From: Eubacteriales bacterium
GTDB lineage: Bacteria > Bacillota > Clostridia > Oscillospirales > CAG-272
Assembly (NCBI GenBank): GCA_045612185.1
Contig: JAZKYO010000108.1
Span: 3,352 to 67,351, forward strand
Direction of reading: 5' to 3'
DNA length: 64,000 bases
Under the pieces are notes generated by a model. That model saw only the letters and a program-made list of their open reading frames with translations, was not told the origin of the DNA and did not search any database. A program made the position numbers and the translations under genes. Below are positions 35,379-45,217 of the stretch, piece by piece; position 1 is the first letter of the stretch, and the number at the start of each line of letters is the position of its first letter.

Positions 35379-37163
35379 TTAGAGAGCGTATTTACTTGAA
35401 TATTCCTTATACTTTTCTCTGTATTCCCTGTTATCACCGTTCTTAATTGCGTTAAGATACTCGTGCATATCAAGCGCGTCGTATCTGGAAATTTCAATTA
35501 CGCAGCCCGCGATATTGGAGCAGTGGTCGGAAACTCTCTCAAGGTTATTGAGAAGGTCGGAAAGTATAAATCCGTGCTCTATGGTACACTCGCTGTTTTT
35601 GAGTCTCTTTATATGGTTAGCCTTAATCTTATCCTTAAGGTTATCTATAACCTGTTCAAGGGGCTCTACGAGCGCCGCTGATTCAATATCACCGTTTACA
35701 AACGACTTATAGGTTATTTCCAAAATCTCGTTTACAGCTCCGCAAAGCACCGAAAGCTCTCTCGTTGCCTCATTTGAGAAGTTCAGCTTCTTATCGCGCA
35801 TTTCCTCTGCCGACTCAATAATATTTACTGCGTGGTCGGATATACGCTCAAAGTCTCCTATAAGGTGAAGCAGCTTTGTTACCTCGTGGCTATCTCGCTC
35901 ACTCATAGCGCGTCCCGAAAGCTTTACAAGGTAAGTGCCCAACATATCCTCATATCCGTCAGCCTTGTCCTCGTATGCGCGAACCGCATCTGCGTCCTTG
36001 GGATTAAATTCTTTAAGCATATTAAGCGACATAAGCAAAGAGTTATAAGATATCTCAGCCATCTCCAAGGTAGCGGTTCTCGCACTTTCCACCGCAACAG
36101 TAGGAGTATCGAGAAGTCGCTCATCAAGCATATTGACTTTTTCTTCCTCTTTAGAGGACTTTACAGTAAGACAAGCAAGCTTTTCAAGCCACTTCATAAA
36201 GGGTGCAAAAAGAATAACGCAGAGAATCTTAAATATTGTATGGATGCTTGCGATTGCCCAGGTGTTTACCGCAGGGGCAACTCCCGCCTCGTTGGCGTTA
36301 AGGAACGGGAAATCAACAAACAGGTCGACGAGATAGAACAGTGAAAGCCATACCACAACACCGATAATGTTGAAATAGAGATGCACTATGGCAGCTCGCT
36401 TACCGTTTTTGGTAGCGCCGATAGATGACAGAAGCGCAGTAACGCAAGTACCTATGTTTTGACCCATAATAATCGGAATCGCCGCGCCGTAGCTGATAGC
36501 TCCCGTCATTGAAAGCGACTGAAGAATACCGACAGAAGCGGACGAGGACTGAACGATAGCTGTAAGGATAGTTCCCGCAAGAACACCGAGAATAGGATTC
36601 TCAAACATAGTGAAGATGGGGGCTAAGGTTTCTTTAAGACCGCTTACGGAATCGGACATATACTCCATTCCCACCATAAGAACCGAGAAGCCAAGCAGGA
36701 TAACGCCCACGTTTTTCTGTCTTTCGCGCTTACCGAACATCGAAAGGCCAATACCTATAACGGCAAGGATAGGCATCCACGCATCGGGTTTAAGATATTC
36801 TATAAACTGAAGGAAGTTCGACGCTGATTCAGCACCGCCTTCAATGCCCGCAAGAGCTGTAATCCACGAAGTTACCGCCGTACCGACGTTAGCGCCCATT
36901 ATAACGCCTACCGCCTGAGACAGCAACATAGTTCCCGAGTTTACAAAGCCCACTACCATAACGGTAGTTGCCGACGAGGACTGAATTATCGCCGTTACTC
37001 CAAGCCCGAGCAAGAAGCCCTTCCACGGGTTTGATGTAAGATTTGCCAATATCGCCTTTAGTTTGTTGCCTGCGCTCTGTTTAAGCGCATCGCCCATAAC
37101 GTTCATTCCGAAAAGGAAGAGCGCAAGTCCGCACAAAAGCTGAAGTACATTAAAATCACCCAT
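35379..37163 (-). CDS. Na+/phosphate cotransporter family protein with C-terminal PhoU-like domains
   Basis: The track ORF is trimmed to the ATG at 37163 (MGDFNVLQLLCGLALFLFGMNVMGDALK), 9 nt after AGGAGG. Duplicated Na_Pi_cotrans motifs (QSSSATT and QSSSASV) are present. The C-terminal helical PhoU repeats include ERISDHAVNI and ERVSDHCSNI. Confidence 0.9.
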   Translation of the reverse strand: MGDFNVLQLLCGLALFLFGMNVMGDALKQSAGNKLKAILANLTSNPWKGFLLGLGVTAIIQSSSATTVMVVGFVNSGTMLLSQAVGVIMGANVGTAVTSWITALAGIEGGAESASNFLQFIEYLKPDAWMPILAVIGIGLSMFGKRERQKNVGVILLGFSVLMVGMEYMSDSVSGLKETLAPIFTMFENPILGVLAGTILTAIVQSSSASVGILQSLSMTGAISYGAAIPIIMGQNIGTCVTALLSSIGATKNGKRAAIVHLYFNIIGVVVWLSLFYLVDLFVDFPFLNANEAGVAPAVNTWAIASIHTIFKILCVILFAPFMKWLEKLACLTVKSSKEEEKVNMLDERLLDTPTVAVESARTATLEMAEISYNSLLMSLNMLKEFNPKDADAVRAYEDKADGYEDMLGTYLVKLSGRAMSERDSHEVTKLLHLIGDFERISDHAVNIIESAEEMRDKKLNFSNEATRELSVLCGAVNEILEITYKSFVNGDIESAALVEPLEQVIDNLKDKIKANHIKRLKNSECTIEHGFILSDLLNNLERVSDHCSNIAGCVIEISRYDALDMHEYLNAIKNGDNREYREKYKEYSSKYAL

Positions 37164-37176
37164 TATTTTAAACCTC

Positions 37177-38031
37177 CTATATTTCGGTTGCAAGATGTCG
37201 AGCTACATGACAGCAGATATTTACCGCAACCGGCAACCCCGCAATATGTGTGGGGTAACTTTCAATCTTTACGGCAAGCGCCGTAGTACGTCCGCCAAAT
37301 CCTTGTGGACCTATACCGAGAGTGTTTATCCGTTCAAGTATTTCACTCTCAAGCTCCGCGTACTCATTTTTGGGATTTACGTCCTCTAAGTCACGCGCCA
37401 ATGCTTTTTTTGAAAGCACGCAGGAATAATCAAACGTGCCACCCATTCCTATTCCCACAACGATTGGTGGGCATGGATTTGAGCCTGCTTTATTTACCGT
37501 GTCGACTACAAAGCTAATTATATCTTCTTTGGTTGCCGACGGAGTAAACATTTTAACGGCGCTCATATTTTCACTTCCAAAGCCTTTTGGGAGTGCCGTT
37601 ATCCTTATTTTATCTCCGTCTGTAAAGCTTGTATATATTATTGCAGGTGTATTATCGTCGGTGTTTTTTCGGTTGAAAAAAGGATCTTCCACTACGGAGC
37701 ATCTGAGCTTTCCTTCAAGATAAGCTTCCCTGACGCCTTTATTAACAGCCATGTCAAAGCTATCTCCCGCAATATGCACGTCCTTGCCTATTTCAGCAAA
37801 AACCACCGCCATACCTGTATCCTGACACACGGGAACGTCACATTTTTCCGCTATGCCGATATTCTCCGACAGCCGTTCCATAACGGAGCGTGCAAGCGGC
37901 AGTTCTTCGGCTTCCGCCGCCTTATCCAGCGCTTTTTTTACGCTTGGCGGCAATATGTGATTTGCCCTTATGAAAAGCTCCTTCACCGCGTTTTTTACCG
38001 TCGACGAGCTTACAATTCTGATGTTTTCCAA
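37177..38031 (-). CDS. Fe-S-dependent (class I) fumarate/tartrate hydro-lyase, alpha subunit
   Basis: [17 protein letters not shown] and ...GIGMGGTFD... are typical of the alpha/N-terminal domain. TTG start. No beta-subunit gene is adjacent. Confidence 0.85.
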   Translation of the reverse strand: MENIRIVSSSTVKNAVKELFIRANHILPPSVKKALDKAAEAEELPLARSVMERLSENIGIAEKCDVPVCQDTGMAVVFAEIGKDVHIAGDSFDMAVNKGVREAYLEGKLRCSVVEDPFFNRKNTDDNTPAIIYTSFTDGDKIRITALPKGFGSENMSAVKMFTPSATKEDIISFVVDTVNKAGSNPCPPIVVGIGMGGTFDYSCVLSKKALARDLEDVNPKNEYAELESEILERINTLGIGPQGFGGRTTALAVKIESYPTHIAGLPVAVNICCHVARHLATEI

Positions 38032-38467
38032 TTTTAAACGCCTCTTTGATTTTTATTATTCGTTTCTTCAGCAATTGCTTTATTCTTTTTAACTTTCTTG
38101 ACAAAAAGCCTTTGATTTTTGCCGTTAGCTTATGCAAGCATAAAAAGAGCTTTTTTGACAATCCGACTATCAGCACGCCGAAGCTAACTCTGTAAGCCGC
38201 AAAGCCTGAAATCGCCCCCAAGGCTGCAAAAGAACGAAATCTTCCCTCGTTTCCGTAATAAAGCATTACCGAAAACAAACAGCCTGACAGAATACAAAAC
38301 ACAACGTCCTGAAAAAAGACAATTACAAAATGCGCGCCCCGACAACTCGGTCCGTCATTTGTTGAAAAAGCTATCCTGAGTATCTTAAAAAAGTCCCACA
38401 AGACACCGCACACCGCGCCACAGGCTACCGACATGGCTATCAATTTTACAATCGTTTGCTGCCACAT
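37922..38467 (-). CDS. yabQ: YabQ-like spore cortex biosynthesis membrane protein with a Lys-rich tail
   Basis: It overlaps the yabP stop by 1 nt. The N-terminal ~110 aa hold about 4 TM helices. Its position matches B. subtilis yabP-yabQ. The tail overlaps the fumarate hydratase start by 110 nt. Confidence 0.6.
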   Translation of the reverse strand: MWQQTIVKLIAMSVACGAVCGVLWDFFKILRIAFSTNDGPSCRGAHFVIVFFQDVVFCILSGCLFSVMLYYGNEGRFRSFAALGAISGFAAYRVSFGVLIVGLSKKLFLCLHKLTAKIKGFLSRKLKRIKQLLKKRIIKIKEAFKIGKHQNCKLVDGKKRGEGAFHKGKSHIAAKRKKSAG

Positions 38468-38769
38468 CAGCCAAACAGCCTTGCCAAGAATCCGTGTTTC
38501 TTTTCCGCGAAAGCTTTTTCGTCAGAGTAAAACAGCGCGTCAACCTCGCCGTCAAGCTCCACTCTGCCGTTTTCGAGATTCAGCACTCCTATATGAATTC
38601 CTTTTCCCTCAACAATCATTTCGCCGCACGCCGTAACAAGCGTCACCTGACTTTCGTCAAAGCTCACCACCTCGGTTACACCGTCTATGCTCATTCTTTT
38701 TCTTGACACAAGAACTATCTCGTGTTTAGGTCTTTGCTGTGTTTTTGTCTCGGTCATAACGCCCTCCAA
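38467..38769 (-). CDS. yabP: Sporulation protein YabP
   Basis: 100 aa with HEIVLVSRKRMSIDGVTEVVSFDESQVTLVTACGEMIVEGKGIHIGVLNLENGRVELDGEVDALFY, the YabP family pattern. Confidence 0.85.
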   Translation of the reverse strand: MEGVMTETKTQQRPKHEIVLVSRKRMSIDGVTEVVSFDESQVTLVTACGEMIVEGKGIHIGVLNLENGRVELDGEVDALFYSDEKAFAEKKHGFLARLFG

Positions 38770-38813
38770 AAAATTTATTACTAAATTTTATGAAGGCTTT
38801 GTTTTTTATATTC

Positions 38814-39059
38814 CTACTGCTCAATTACCTCATACAACTCTGCCGCGGTATCTTTTTTTACTACTTCCTTTACGTCGGTAACCCTCACCTTGAGCGTTCG
38901 CTGACCGAAAGACACCTCTATTATATCTCCGACCTTTACGTTGTACGAAGCTTTTACCACTCTGCCGTTTACCGCTATTCTCTCGGTATCGCAGGCATCG
39001 TTGGCAACAGTTCTTCTTTTTATTATTCTCGATACCTTTAAAAACTTATCAAGTCTCAT
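38814..39059 (-). CDS. yabO: S4-domain RNA-binding protein (YabO/Hsp15-like)
   Basis: MRLDKFLKVSRIIKRRTVANDACDTERIAVNGRVVKASYNVKVGD is an S4 domain. Confidence 0.88.
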   Translation of the reverse strand: MRLDKFLKVSRIIKRRTVANDACDTERIAVNGRVVKASYNVKVGDIIEVSFGQRTLKVRVTDVKEVVKKDTAAELYEVIEQ

Positions 39060-39069
39060 TAGTTACCTC

Positions 39070-39105
39070 AAAAAATAGGCGGACAAGTTATTCCCTGTCC
39101 GCCTA
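39070..39105 (-). terminator. Terminator downstream of hup
   Basis: Stem TAGGCGGACA/TGTCCGCCTA (39076-39085 with 39096-39105), followed by a U-run on the minus strand (39070-39075). Confidence 0.75.
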
Positions 39106-39118
39106 CAATCCTAAAAAA

Positions 39119-39391
39119 TTAGTTAATGGAATCCTTAAGTCCCTTACCAGCAACGAATGCGGGAGTCTTGGAAGCTGCGATCTGGATTGCAGCGCCTGTC
39201 TTGGGGTTGCGGCCTGTTCTTGCAGCCTTTTCTCTTACCTTAAATGTACCAAAGCCGATAAGCTGTACGGAATCACCGTTCTTAAGAGCCTCTGCGATTG
39301 CTGCTGTTGTAGCGTTGAGCGCTGCCTCAGCATCCTTCTTCTTAAGGTTAGCTGCCTTTGCGATAGCGTCGATAAGCTGTGTCTTGTTCAT
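39119..39391 (-). CDS. hup: DNA-binding protein HU
   Basis: [11 protein letters not shown]...[46 protein letters not shown]. Confidence 0.96.
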   Translation of the reverse strand: MNKTQLIDAIAKAANLKKKDAEAALNATTAAIAEALKNGDSVQLIGFGTFKVREKAARTGRNPKTGAAIQIAASKTPAFVAGKGLKDSIN

Positions 39392-39516
39392 AGTGTTTCT
39401 ACCTTTCTAAATTATATTTTGCTATTCCTTAGAGCGGAACAACATCTCTACTATATTATACCATTACAATTTACAAAAATCAAGTGATTTTCCACAATTT
39501 TTTCGTGTTTTTGCAA

Positions 39517-40332
39517 TTATTTTTCACTTTTTTTCTTAATTTCGTCCCAAATCGAGTCAAGTTCCCCCACCGAACACTCTTCTATTGCTTTATTTTGCTT
39601 CAAAACCCAGTTTTCGACCGCCTCAAATCGGGAGATAAACTTGTTGGTAGCGTCGAAAAGCGCCTTCTCGGCGTCCACTCCCAGCTTGCGGCAAAGACTG
39701 GTAATCGAAAGCAAAAGATCTCCAATTTCCTCGGAAATATGCTCGCCGTTTCCCTCGCCGATGGCCTCGGACACTTCAACAAGCTCTTCGGAGATTTTAT
39801 CCATTACATCCTCGGCAGTCGGAAAGTCAAAGCACTTTGCCTTTTTTCCCACTTTTGTGGCGCGCATGAGGGCAGGCAACATCGGAGGAATCGCTTTAAG
39901 CTTATCTGTTACCGTCTCGCGGCTTTTTTCCACGCTCTTTATTGCATCCCAATTTTTCAGCACTTCCTCGGGTGTTTCGGCAACCACGCTTCCAAAAACG
40001 TGTGGATGGCGGTGTATAAGCTTGGCGCAGATATCATTTGACACATCACCAATATCAAACTCTTTATCCTCGCGCGAAATCTGAGCATGAAAAACCACCT
40101 GAAGCATCACATCTCCAAGCTCTTCACGAAGAAGGGCGGGGTCCTCGGTATCTATCGCCTCTATCACCTCGTAGGTTTCTTCGATAAAATCGTTTCTTAT
40201 GCTTTGGTGGGTCTGCTCAATATCCCAAGGGCAGCCGCCCTCGCCTCTAAGCAATTCTACAATTGTCACAAGATCATCAAATAAATACTTTTCTTTACTC
40301 AAAAGCGATTTTATTTTTTCTTCTTTGTTCAT
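39517..40332 (-). CDS. mazG: Nucleoside triphosphate pyrophosphohydrolase MazG (YabN-like)
   Basis: Tandem MazG domains: CPWDIEQTHQSIRNDFIEETYEVIEAI...ELGDVMLQVVFHA and EELVEVSEAI...EEIGDLLLSI. Confidence 0.92.
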   Translation of the reverse strand: MNKEEKIKSLLSKEKYLFDDLVTIVELLRGEGGCPWDIEQTHQSIRNDFIEETYEVIEAIDTEDPALLREELGDVMLQVVFHAQISREDKEFDIGDVSNDICAKLIHRHPHVFGSVVAETPEEVLKNWDAIKSVEKSRETVTDKLKAIPPMLPALMRATKVGKKAKCFDFPTAEDVMDKISEELVEVSEAIGEGNGEHISEEIGDLLLSITSLCRKLGVDAEKALFDATNKFISRFEAVENWVLKQNKAIEECSVGELDSIWDEIKKKSEK

Positions 40333-41929
40333 AACGTCTGTCCTCTTTTTTATTCTTCCTTATATTAATATTTCCAAGGTGAAGCATTTCCAACTCTTCA
40401 GAGTCAAGCAAGTCTCCAAAAATCACCGATACAAGATACGATAGCGCGCATACCGAAACCGCAACAACAAAGGCTACGTTTTCACTGCTATGCACGCGAT
40501 TCGCAACTCCGTGCGACGCGACCGACAGGGCTATTGAAATAACGGAACACGCCATAGGCTTCACAAGCATTCTGCCAAGCTCTATACTATGGCTCATACA
40601 TTTGTTCAAAAGCCACAAATTTAAAACTACCGCCACGGTATTACACAAAAGCGTGCTGATAGGCGCTCCCATTGCGCCTATCTCGGGGGTTCCCACGAGC
40701 AAATACGCTGACACAGCTTTAACCGCAAGACCGAAAAACATTGAAAATATTGGATACAAAATTTTGCCGTTTGCCTGCAAAACTGAATTTGTAACCTGAA
40801 CTATACAAGAGGCAAAAACCGACGCCCCCAGCGCTGACAAAAGCGGTGACGAAAGCGCTATTGCTTCGGTTTCGCCGACGAAAAGCAAGTCCAAAATTTG
40901 TTCCGCGTAAACACCTGTTCCCAAAGCTACCGGCAAAGCTATAAGCGCGCAGAGCTTTACGCCCGACGCCACAAGTTGCTTTTCCCTCTCCCGCTGTCCC
41001 GCCTCGATAGCGCCCGCTATTGACGGCACAAGCGCCAAAGATATTCCCGCCACAAGTGACGACGGAAGATTGTATATAGGAAGTGCCATAGTGCTGTAAC
41101 TTCCGTACAGTGCTACTCTGTCGGTTTCCTCGGGCAACCGTTCAAGCAACACAGACATATCTATAATTCTTGTCAGACTTACAAGCACCGAGCTAAGGGT
41201 AACGGGAACGGCAAGCTTGAAAAGTCGTGAAACGGTGTTCCCCGTTTTATCAAGGTTGGTTACTGTTGAGATACATTCAAGCGTAAGCTTTGAGCGTGCG
41301 CGTACCGCGCAAAGATACAAAGTTGACACCGCAGTACCTACACTGAGACCCAAAATAGCAAATGCAGCAATTTTTTCTACCGAACATCCCCTTGATTTTG
41401 CTATTGCCGCAAACACCAAGCCCAACACAAGTTTGCCGATTGACTCTATAATTTGCGACACCGCGGTATGTCGCATATTGCGGCAACCTTGGAAATATCC
41501 GCGTATTGCCCCCGAAATACTTATCAAAAAAACTGTAGGAGATACGAAAACCAGCGAAAGAGTTGCACCGCGGTTTTCTATTGATTCGGCAAGAAAATCC
41601 GCGCCAAAGCACATAACAACAGTTCCCACAAAGCCTATTCCAAGCAAAATCCACAAGGAGGTTTTATATATCTTTTCGGCGTTTTTCAGTCTGCCCGACG
41701 CTATATTTTCTGATATCATTATTGATATTGCAACGGGAATACCCGCTGTTGATATTACAAAGAAAAGCGTATAAAGCTCGTATGCCGAGTTAAAATATCC
41801 CATTCCCTCTGCGCCCAGAATACGCATCAAGGGAATTTTATAAACCATTCCTATTATTTTAACAAGTACCGTGGACAAGGTAAGCGCCATGGCGCCGTCA
41901 AGAAACTGCCGTTTTGAGAGTGTGCTCAT
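40295..41929 (-). CDS. MOP-superfamily flippase (SpoVB/YabM-like polysaccharide biosynthesis protein)
   Basis: 544 aa with about 14 TM helices. The N-terminus FLDGAMALTLSTVLVKIIGMVYKIPLMRILGAEGMGYFNSAYELY is typical of SpoVB/MurJ-like proteins. The 3' end overlaps mazG by 38 nt. Confidence 0.85.
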   Translation of the reverse strand: MSTLSKRQFLDGAMALTLSTVLVKIIGMVYKIPLMRILGAEGMGYFNSAYELYTLFFVISTAGIPVAISIMISENIASGRLKNAEKIYKTSLWILLGIGFVGTVVMCFGADFLAESIENRGATLSLVFVSPTVFLISISGAIRGYFQGCRNMRHTAVSQIIESIGKLVLGLVFAAIAKSRGCSVEKIAAFAILGLSVGTAVSTLYLCAVRARSKLTLECISTVTNLDKTGNTVSRLFKLAVPVTLSSVLVSLTRIIDMSVLLERLPEETDRVALYGSYSTMALPIYNLPSSLVAGISLALVPSIAGAIEAGQREREKQLVASGVKLCALIALPVALGTGVYAEQILDLLFVGETEAIALSSPLLSALGASVFASCIVQVTNSVLQANGKILYPIFSMFFGLAVKAVSAYLLVGTPEIGAMGAPISTLLCNTVAVVLNLWLLNKCMSHSIELGRMLVKPMACSVISIALSVASHGVANRVHSSENVAFVVAVSVCALSYLVSVIFGDLLDSEELEMLHLGNINIRKNKKEDRRYEQRRKNKIAFE

Positions 41930-41944
41930 AAATCCTCCGACAAA

Positions 41945-43231
41945 TCAGTCAAAATAGTGATTTATAACTTCCTTTGCCTCAAATTTCAGTTTTTCAATAT
42001 CTATTGTTTTATATTCTCCGTTATTATAAAGGATCTTTCCGTCCACCATTGTCATAAGCACGTCGGAGGACTTTGCGCTGTGCGCAAGTGTAGTATAATA
42101 ATCATACGACGGAATGTTATTTACCGAATCAAGGTTTAAAAGCACTGCGTCGGCTTTATATCCCACCTTTATCTCACCGCAACCTGTTCTTCCCTGCGCC
42201 AAGGCTCCGTTTTTGGTAGCCAACGGAAACAGCTCTTCCGCAGTTACACTTTCGGGCTTTCCGCTCAAGCCTTTTCCCAAAAGTGCGGCAAACTGCAATT
42301 CCTTCATAACGTCAAGGTTATTATTTGAAGCGACGCCATCCGTACCAAGCGTAACATTTACGCCGGCATCAAGCATTTTTCTGAGCGGCATTACTCCGCT
42401 TCCGAGCTTAAGGTTACTGATGGGGTTATTTGCCACTGTAACACCTTTTTCTCTGAATATGGCTATATCGTTATCAGTCGCATATACGCAATGCGCCGCG
42501 GTTGTTCTCGCATCAAACAATCCGCAATCACAGAAGAACTCTGTCGGAGTTTTTCCACCTCTGCGCTCCATTGCTTCAAGATGTTCTTTTTCGGTCTCGG
42601 AGATATGCACTTGCATACCAAGGTTGTTCTCTTTTGTATACTCAGCCAAGAATCTTACCATTTGCTCGGTATTCGTATACTCGGCGTGTATACTCATATC
42701 CACGAGAAGCCTACCGTCACCCGCATTGTGAAAATTTTTTACAAGCTCAACCGCCTCAAGGAATCTGCTATCTGCGCTTATATTATCACTTTCGGAGAAA
42801 GAGACTATGCTTCTTGAAATATTCGCTTTTATTCCCGTATCAAGGACTGCTTTTGCCACCTCGTCCATAAACATATACATATCCGAAAAGGAACAGATTC
42901 CGTTTGCCAACATTTCGGCTATCGCAAGACGTGTAGCTATATTTACCGATTTTGCGGTAAGTTTATCCTCGGCGGGAAAGATTTTTTCGTTGAGCCAACG
43001 GTGAAGCGGCAAATTTTCGCCGTAGCCGCGAAACAGTGTCATGGCGGCGTGGCAATGCGCATTATAAAAAGCAGGAATCAAAAGATTTCCGTTTCCCTCT
43101 ATCACTTCGTCGACTTTGATTCTCGGCTCGGCTTCGCCTATATAGGAAAACTTTCCGTCATTTACGATTACCGACACGCTGTTTTTTCCAAAGCCGTCAA
43201 TAAGCTTTACGTTTCTTATTAAAGTTGTCAT
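41945..43231 (-). CDS. mtaD: Amidohydrolase: 5'-methylthioadenosine/S-adenosylhomocysteine deaminase-like
   Basis: IPAFYNAHCHAAMTLFRGYGENLPLHRWL, HISET and GTDGVASNN. Confidence 0.85.
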   Translation of the reverse strand: MTTLIRNVKLIDGFGKNSVSVIVNDGKFSYIGEAEPRIKVDEVIEGNGNLLIPAFYNAHCHAAMTLFRGYGENLPLHRWLNEKIFPAEDKLTAKSVNIATRLAIAEMLANGICSFSDMYMFMDEVAKAVLDTGIKANISRSIVSFSESDNISADSRFLEAVELVKNFHNAGDGRLLVDMSIHAEYTNTEQMVRFLAEYTKENNLGMQVHISETEKEHLEAMERRGGKTPTEFFCDCGLFDARTTAAHCVYATDNDIAIFREKGVTVANNPISNLKLGSGVMPLRKMLDAGVNVTLGTDGVASNNNLDVMKELQFAALLGKGLSGKPESVTAEELFPLATKNGALAQGRTGCGEIKVGYKADAVLLNLDSVNNIPSYDYYTTLAHSAKSSDVLMTMVDGKILYNNGEYKTIDIEKLKFEAKEVINHYFD

Positions 43232-43246
43232 TTCTATCCTTTCGTT

Positions 43247-44740
43247 TTACAGCAAGTCTTTTTGCGTATAGTAATCAATTATCGCTTTATTGATTTTCTC
43301 GCTTTCATTCTCGCTGAGGTATTCGTAGGGGTATTTGGCGTTAAACACGCGGTCGATGTCTATTTTTCCGTTATTATCGGAATTATAGTCTACAAGCTTG
43401 GTTACAGCGCCCGCGCCGGCGGCGAGGATACTGTGGACCTCCTCCATCATATAGACGTTATACAGTCCTTCCGCGCCATCAAGGGCAAAGCCCACGTTTT
43501 CAAAGTTACCTACGGTATTCTTCTGTCTGTACATATAATACGGCGTATACCCGGCCTGCGAGGCTTTAAGCTGAGAGTAGTCCACACATTTTCCAACGTC
43601 TCCGCCGGTTATAGAATATATATGACTGTCCTGTCTGAGAATCTCAGCTGATTTTTTTACGCAGAATGTATGTACGGTTATATTGTGGGGACGAAGCTCA
43701 AGGATTTTATCCATAGTTGCCGAAAAGCTGGCAAACTTATCCTTAGGAAGCCCCGCAATAAGGTCGGTATTGATATATTGTATTCCAGATTCAGCCGCAA
43801 TATTATAAGCCCTGAAGAAATCCTCAGCAGAGTGGTCTCTGCCTATTCCCCGAAGAACCTCCTCTGAAAGCGACTGAGTATTAACGCTTATTCTGTTTAC
43901 TCCGTATTTTTTTGCGATACGAAGCTTTTCCGCGGTTATGGTATCGGGTCTGCCGCCCTCAAAGGTATATTCCTCAAGCTTGCTTACGTCATAACACTCG
44001 CTGACTGTGGAAAGAAGAGCCTCTAACTGTTGCTCACTAAGGATAGTGGGTGTGCCACCCCCTATGTAGATCGTTTTCACGTTAAGGTCAAGGGCCTTTA
44101 CTGTATTAAAGATATTTCTGACGTCCGCGCAGAGTCTTTCAACGTATTCAGGAATAAGTGAAAGAAGTCTTTTGGAGGTATAAGAAACAAACGAGCAATA
44201 CGCGCATCTAGTGGGGCAAAATGGTATGGAAATATAAACGCTGCAATCCTTTTTGGACGGCGTTCCTATTATTTCTTTCTCTTTTCTTGCCACATCAACC
44301 GCAAGTCCCGCCTTTTTGGGGGTGACGAGAAAGTCACCTACAAGGGTACGCTTTACCTTGCTTTTGCTCATACCCGCGTTAAGCAATTCCATTGCCACCT
44401 TTGACGGTCTTACGCCCACAAGCATTCCCCAAGTAGGCTTATACTTTACAAGCTCGCCAAGCGCAGCAATAACCGCCGCTCCCACCGCAAGCTTACGCGT
44501 ACGCTCCTCGCTGGGTCTGTCGGCAAAAAGGTAATCCCTCTCAGCGCTTGTTCTCTTTTCGCCCTTGCTCGCCTCAACGTATGCAACGGCTTTTTCCTCA
44601 TCGCAAGTGAGTTTAAGGCTGAGAACGGGAGTATTTTCGGTTACTTCCTCATCCTCGGGGAATTTTTCCCCCGGGAAAAATATCATACAAAGGGTCTGAA
44701 CGTAGTATCTGTTTATATTTCCTTCAACGTACAGTTTCAT
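43247..44740 (-). CDS. hemZ: Radical SAM coproporphyrinogen-III oxidase-like protein (HemZ-type)
   Basis: N-terminus MKLYVEGNINRYYVQTLCMIFFPGEKF, and the radical SAM motif IPFCPTRCAYCSF. Confidence 0.78.
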   Translation of the reverse strand: MKLYVEGNINRYYVQTLCMIFFPGEKFPEDEEVTENTPVLSLKLTCDEEKAVAYVEASKGEKRTSAERDYLFADRPSEERTRKLAVGAAVIAALGELVKYKPTWGMLVGVRPSKVAMELLNAGMSKSKVKRTLVGDFLVTPKKAGLAVDVARKEKEIIGTPSKKDCSVYISIPFCPTRCAYCSFVSYTSKRLLSLIPEYVERLCADVRNIFNTVKALDLNVKTIYIGGGTPTILSEQQLEALLSTVSECYDVSKLEEYTFEGGRPDTITAEKLRIAKKYGVNRISVNTQSLSEEVLRGIGRDHSAEDFFRAYNIAAESGIQYINTDLIAGLPKDKFASFSATMDKILELRPHNITVHTFCVKKSAEILRQDSHIYSITGGDVGKCVDYSQLKASQAGYTPYYMYRQKNTVGNFENVGFALDGAEGLYNVYMMEEVHSILAAGAGAVTKLVDYNSDNNGKIDIDRVFNAKYPYEYLSENESEKINKAIIDYYTQKDLL

Positions 44741-44752
44741 TTTAACAAACCT

Positions 44753-45205
44753 TTACTTTATAAGAATTTTACTATCCATTACTATTGTCACCGGTCCGTC
44801 ATTGGAAATTTCCACCGCCATATCAGCGCCAAAAATTCCCTTTTCCACCGATTTGAGCTTTGCGGAAAGCAACGAGCAAAAATGCTCGTACAGTCTATCG
44901 GCCTCCGCGGGCTTTGCCGCATTCATATAGTCGGGACGGTTTCCGTGAGCGTAGTTGGCAAGCAACGTAAAATTTGAAATAACAAGCGCTTCGCCGTCAA
45001 TATCCATTATCGACAGGTTCATTTTATCGTTTTCATCAGTAAATATCCTCAGCTTGGATATTTTCTCGGCAAGAACGGTTGCGTCCTTTTCGCTGTCACC
45101 ATCGGCTACGCCGAGCAGGATTGCAAGTCCTTTTTCGCACTTGCCCACAACAGCTCCACCAACGCTTACCGAGGCTTTACTTACTCTTTGAAGTACAGCT
45201 ATCAT
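44753..45205 (-). CDS. dtd: D-aminoacyl-tRNA deacylase
   Basis: MIAVLQRVSKASVSVGG..., SNFTLLA and GPVTI. Confidence 0.95.
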   Translation of the reverse strand: MIAVLQRVSKASVSVGGAVVGKCEKGLAILLGVADGDSEKDATVLAEKISKLRIFTDENDKMNLSIMDIDGEALVISNFTLLANYAHGNRPDYMNAAKPAEADRLYEHFCSLLSAKLKSVEKGIFGADMAVEISNDGPVTIVMDSKILIK

Positions 45206-45217
45206 AAAAGTCCTTTC

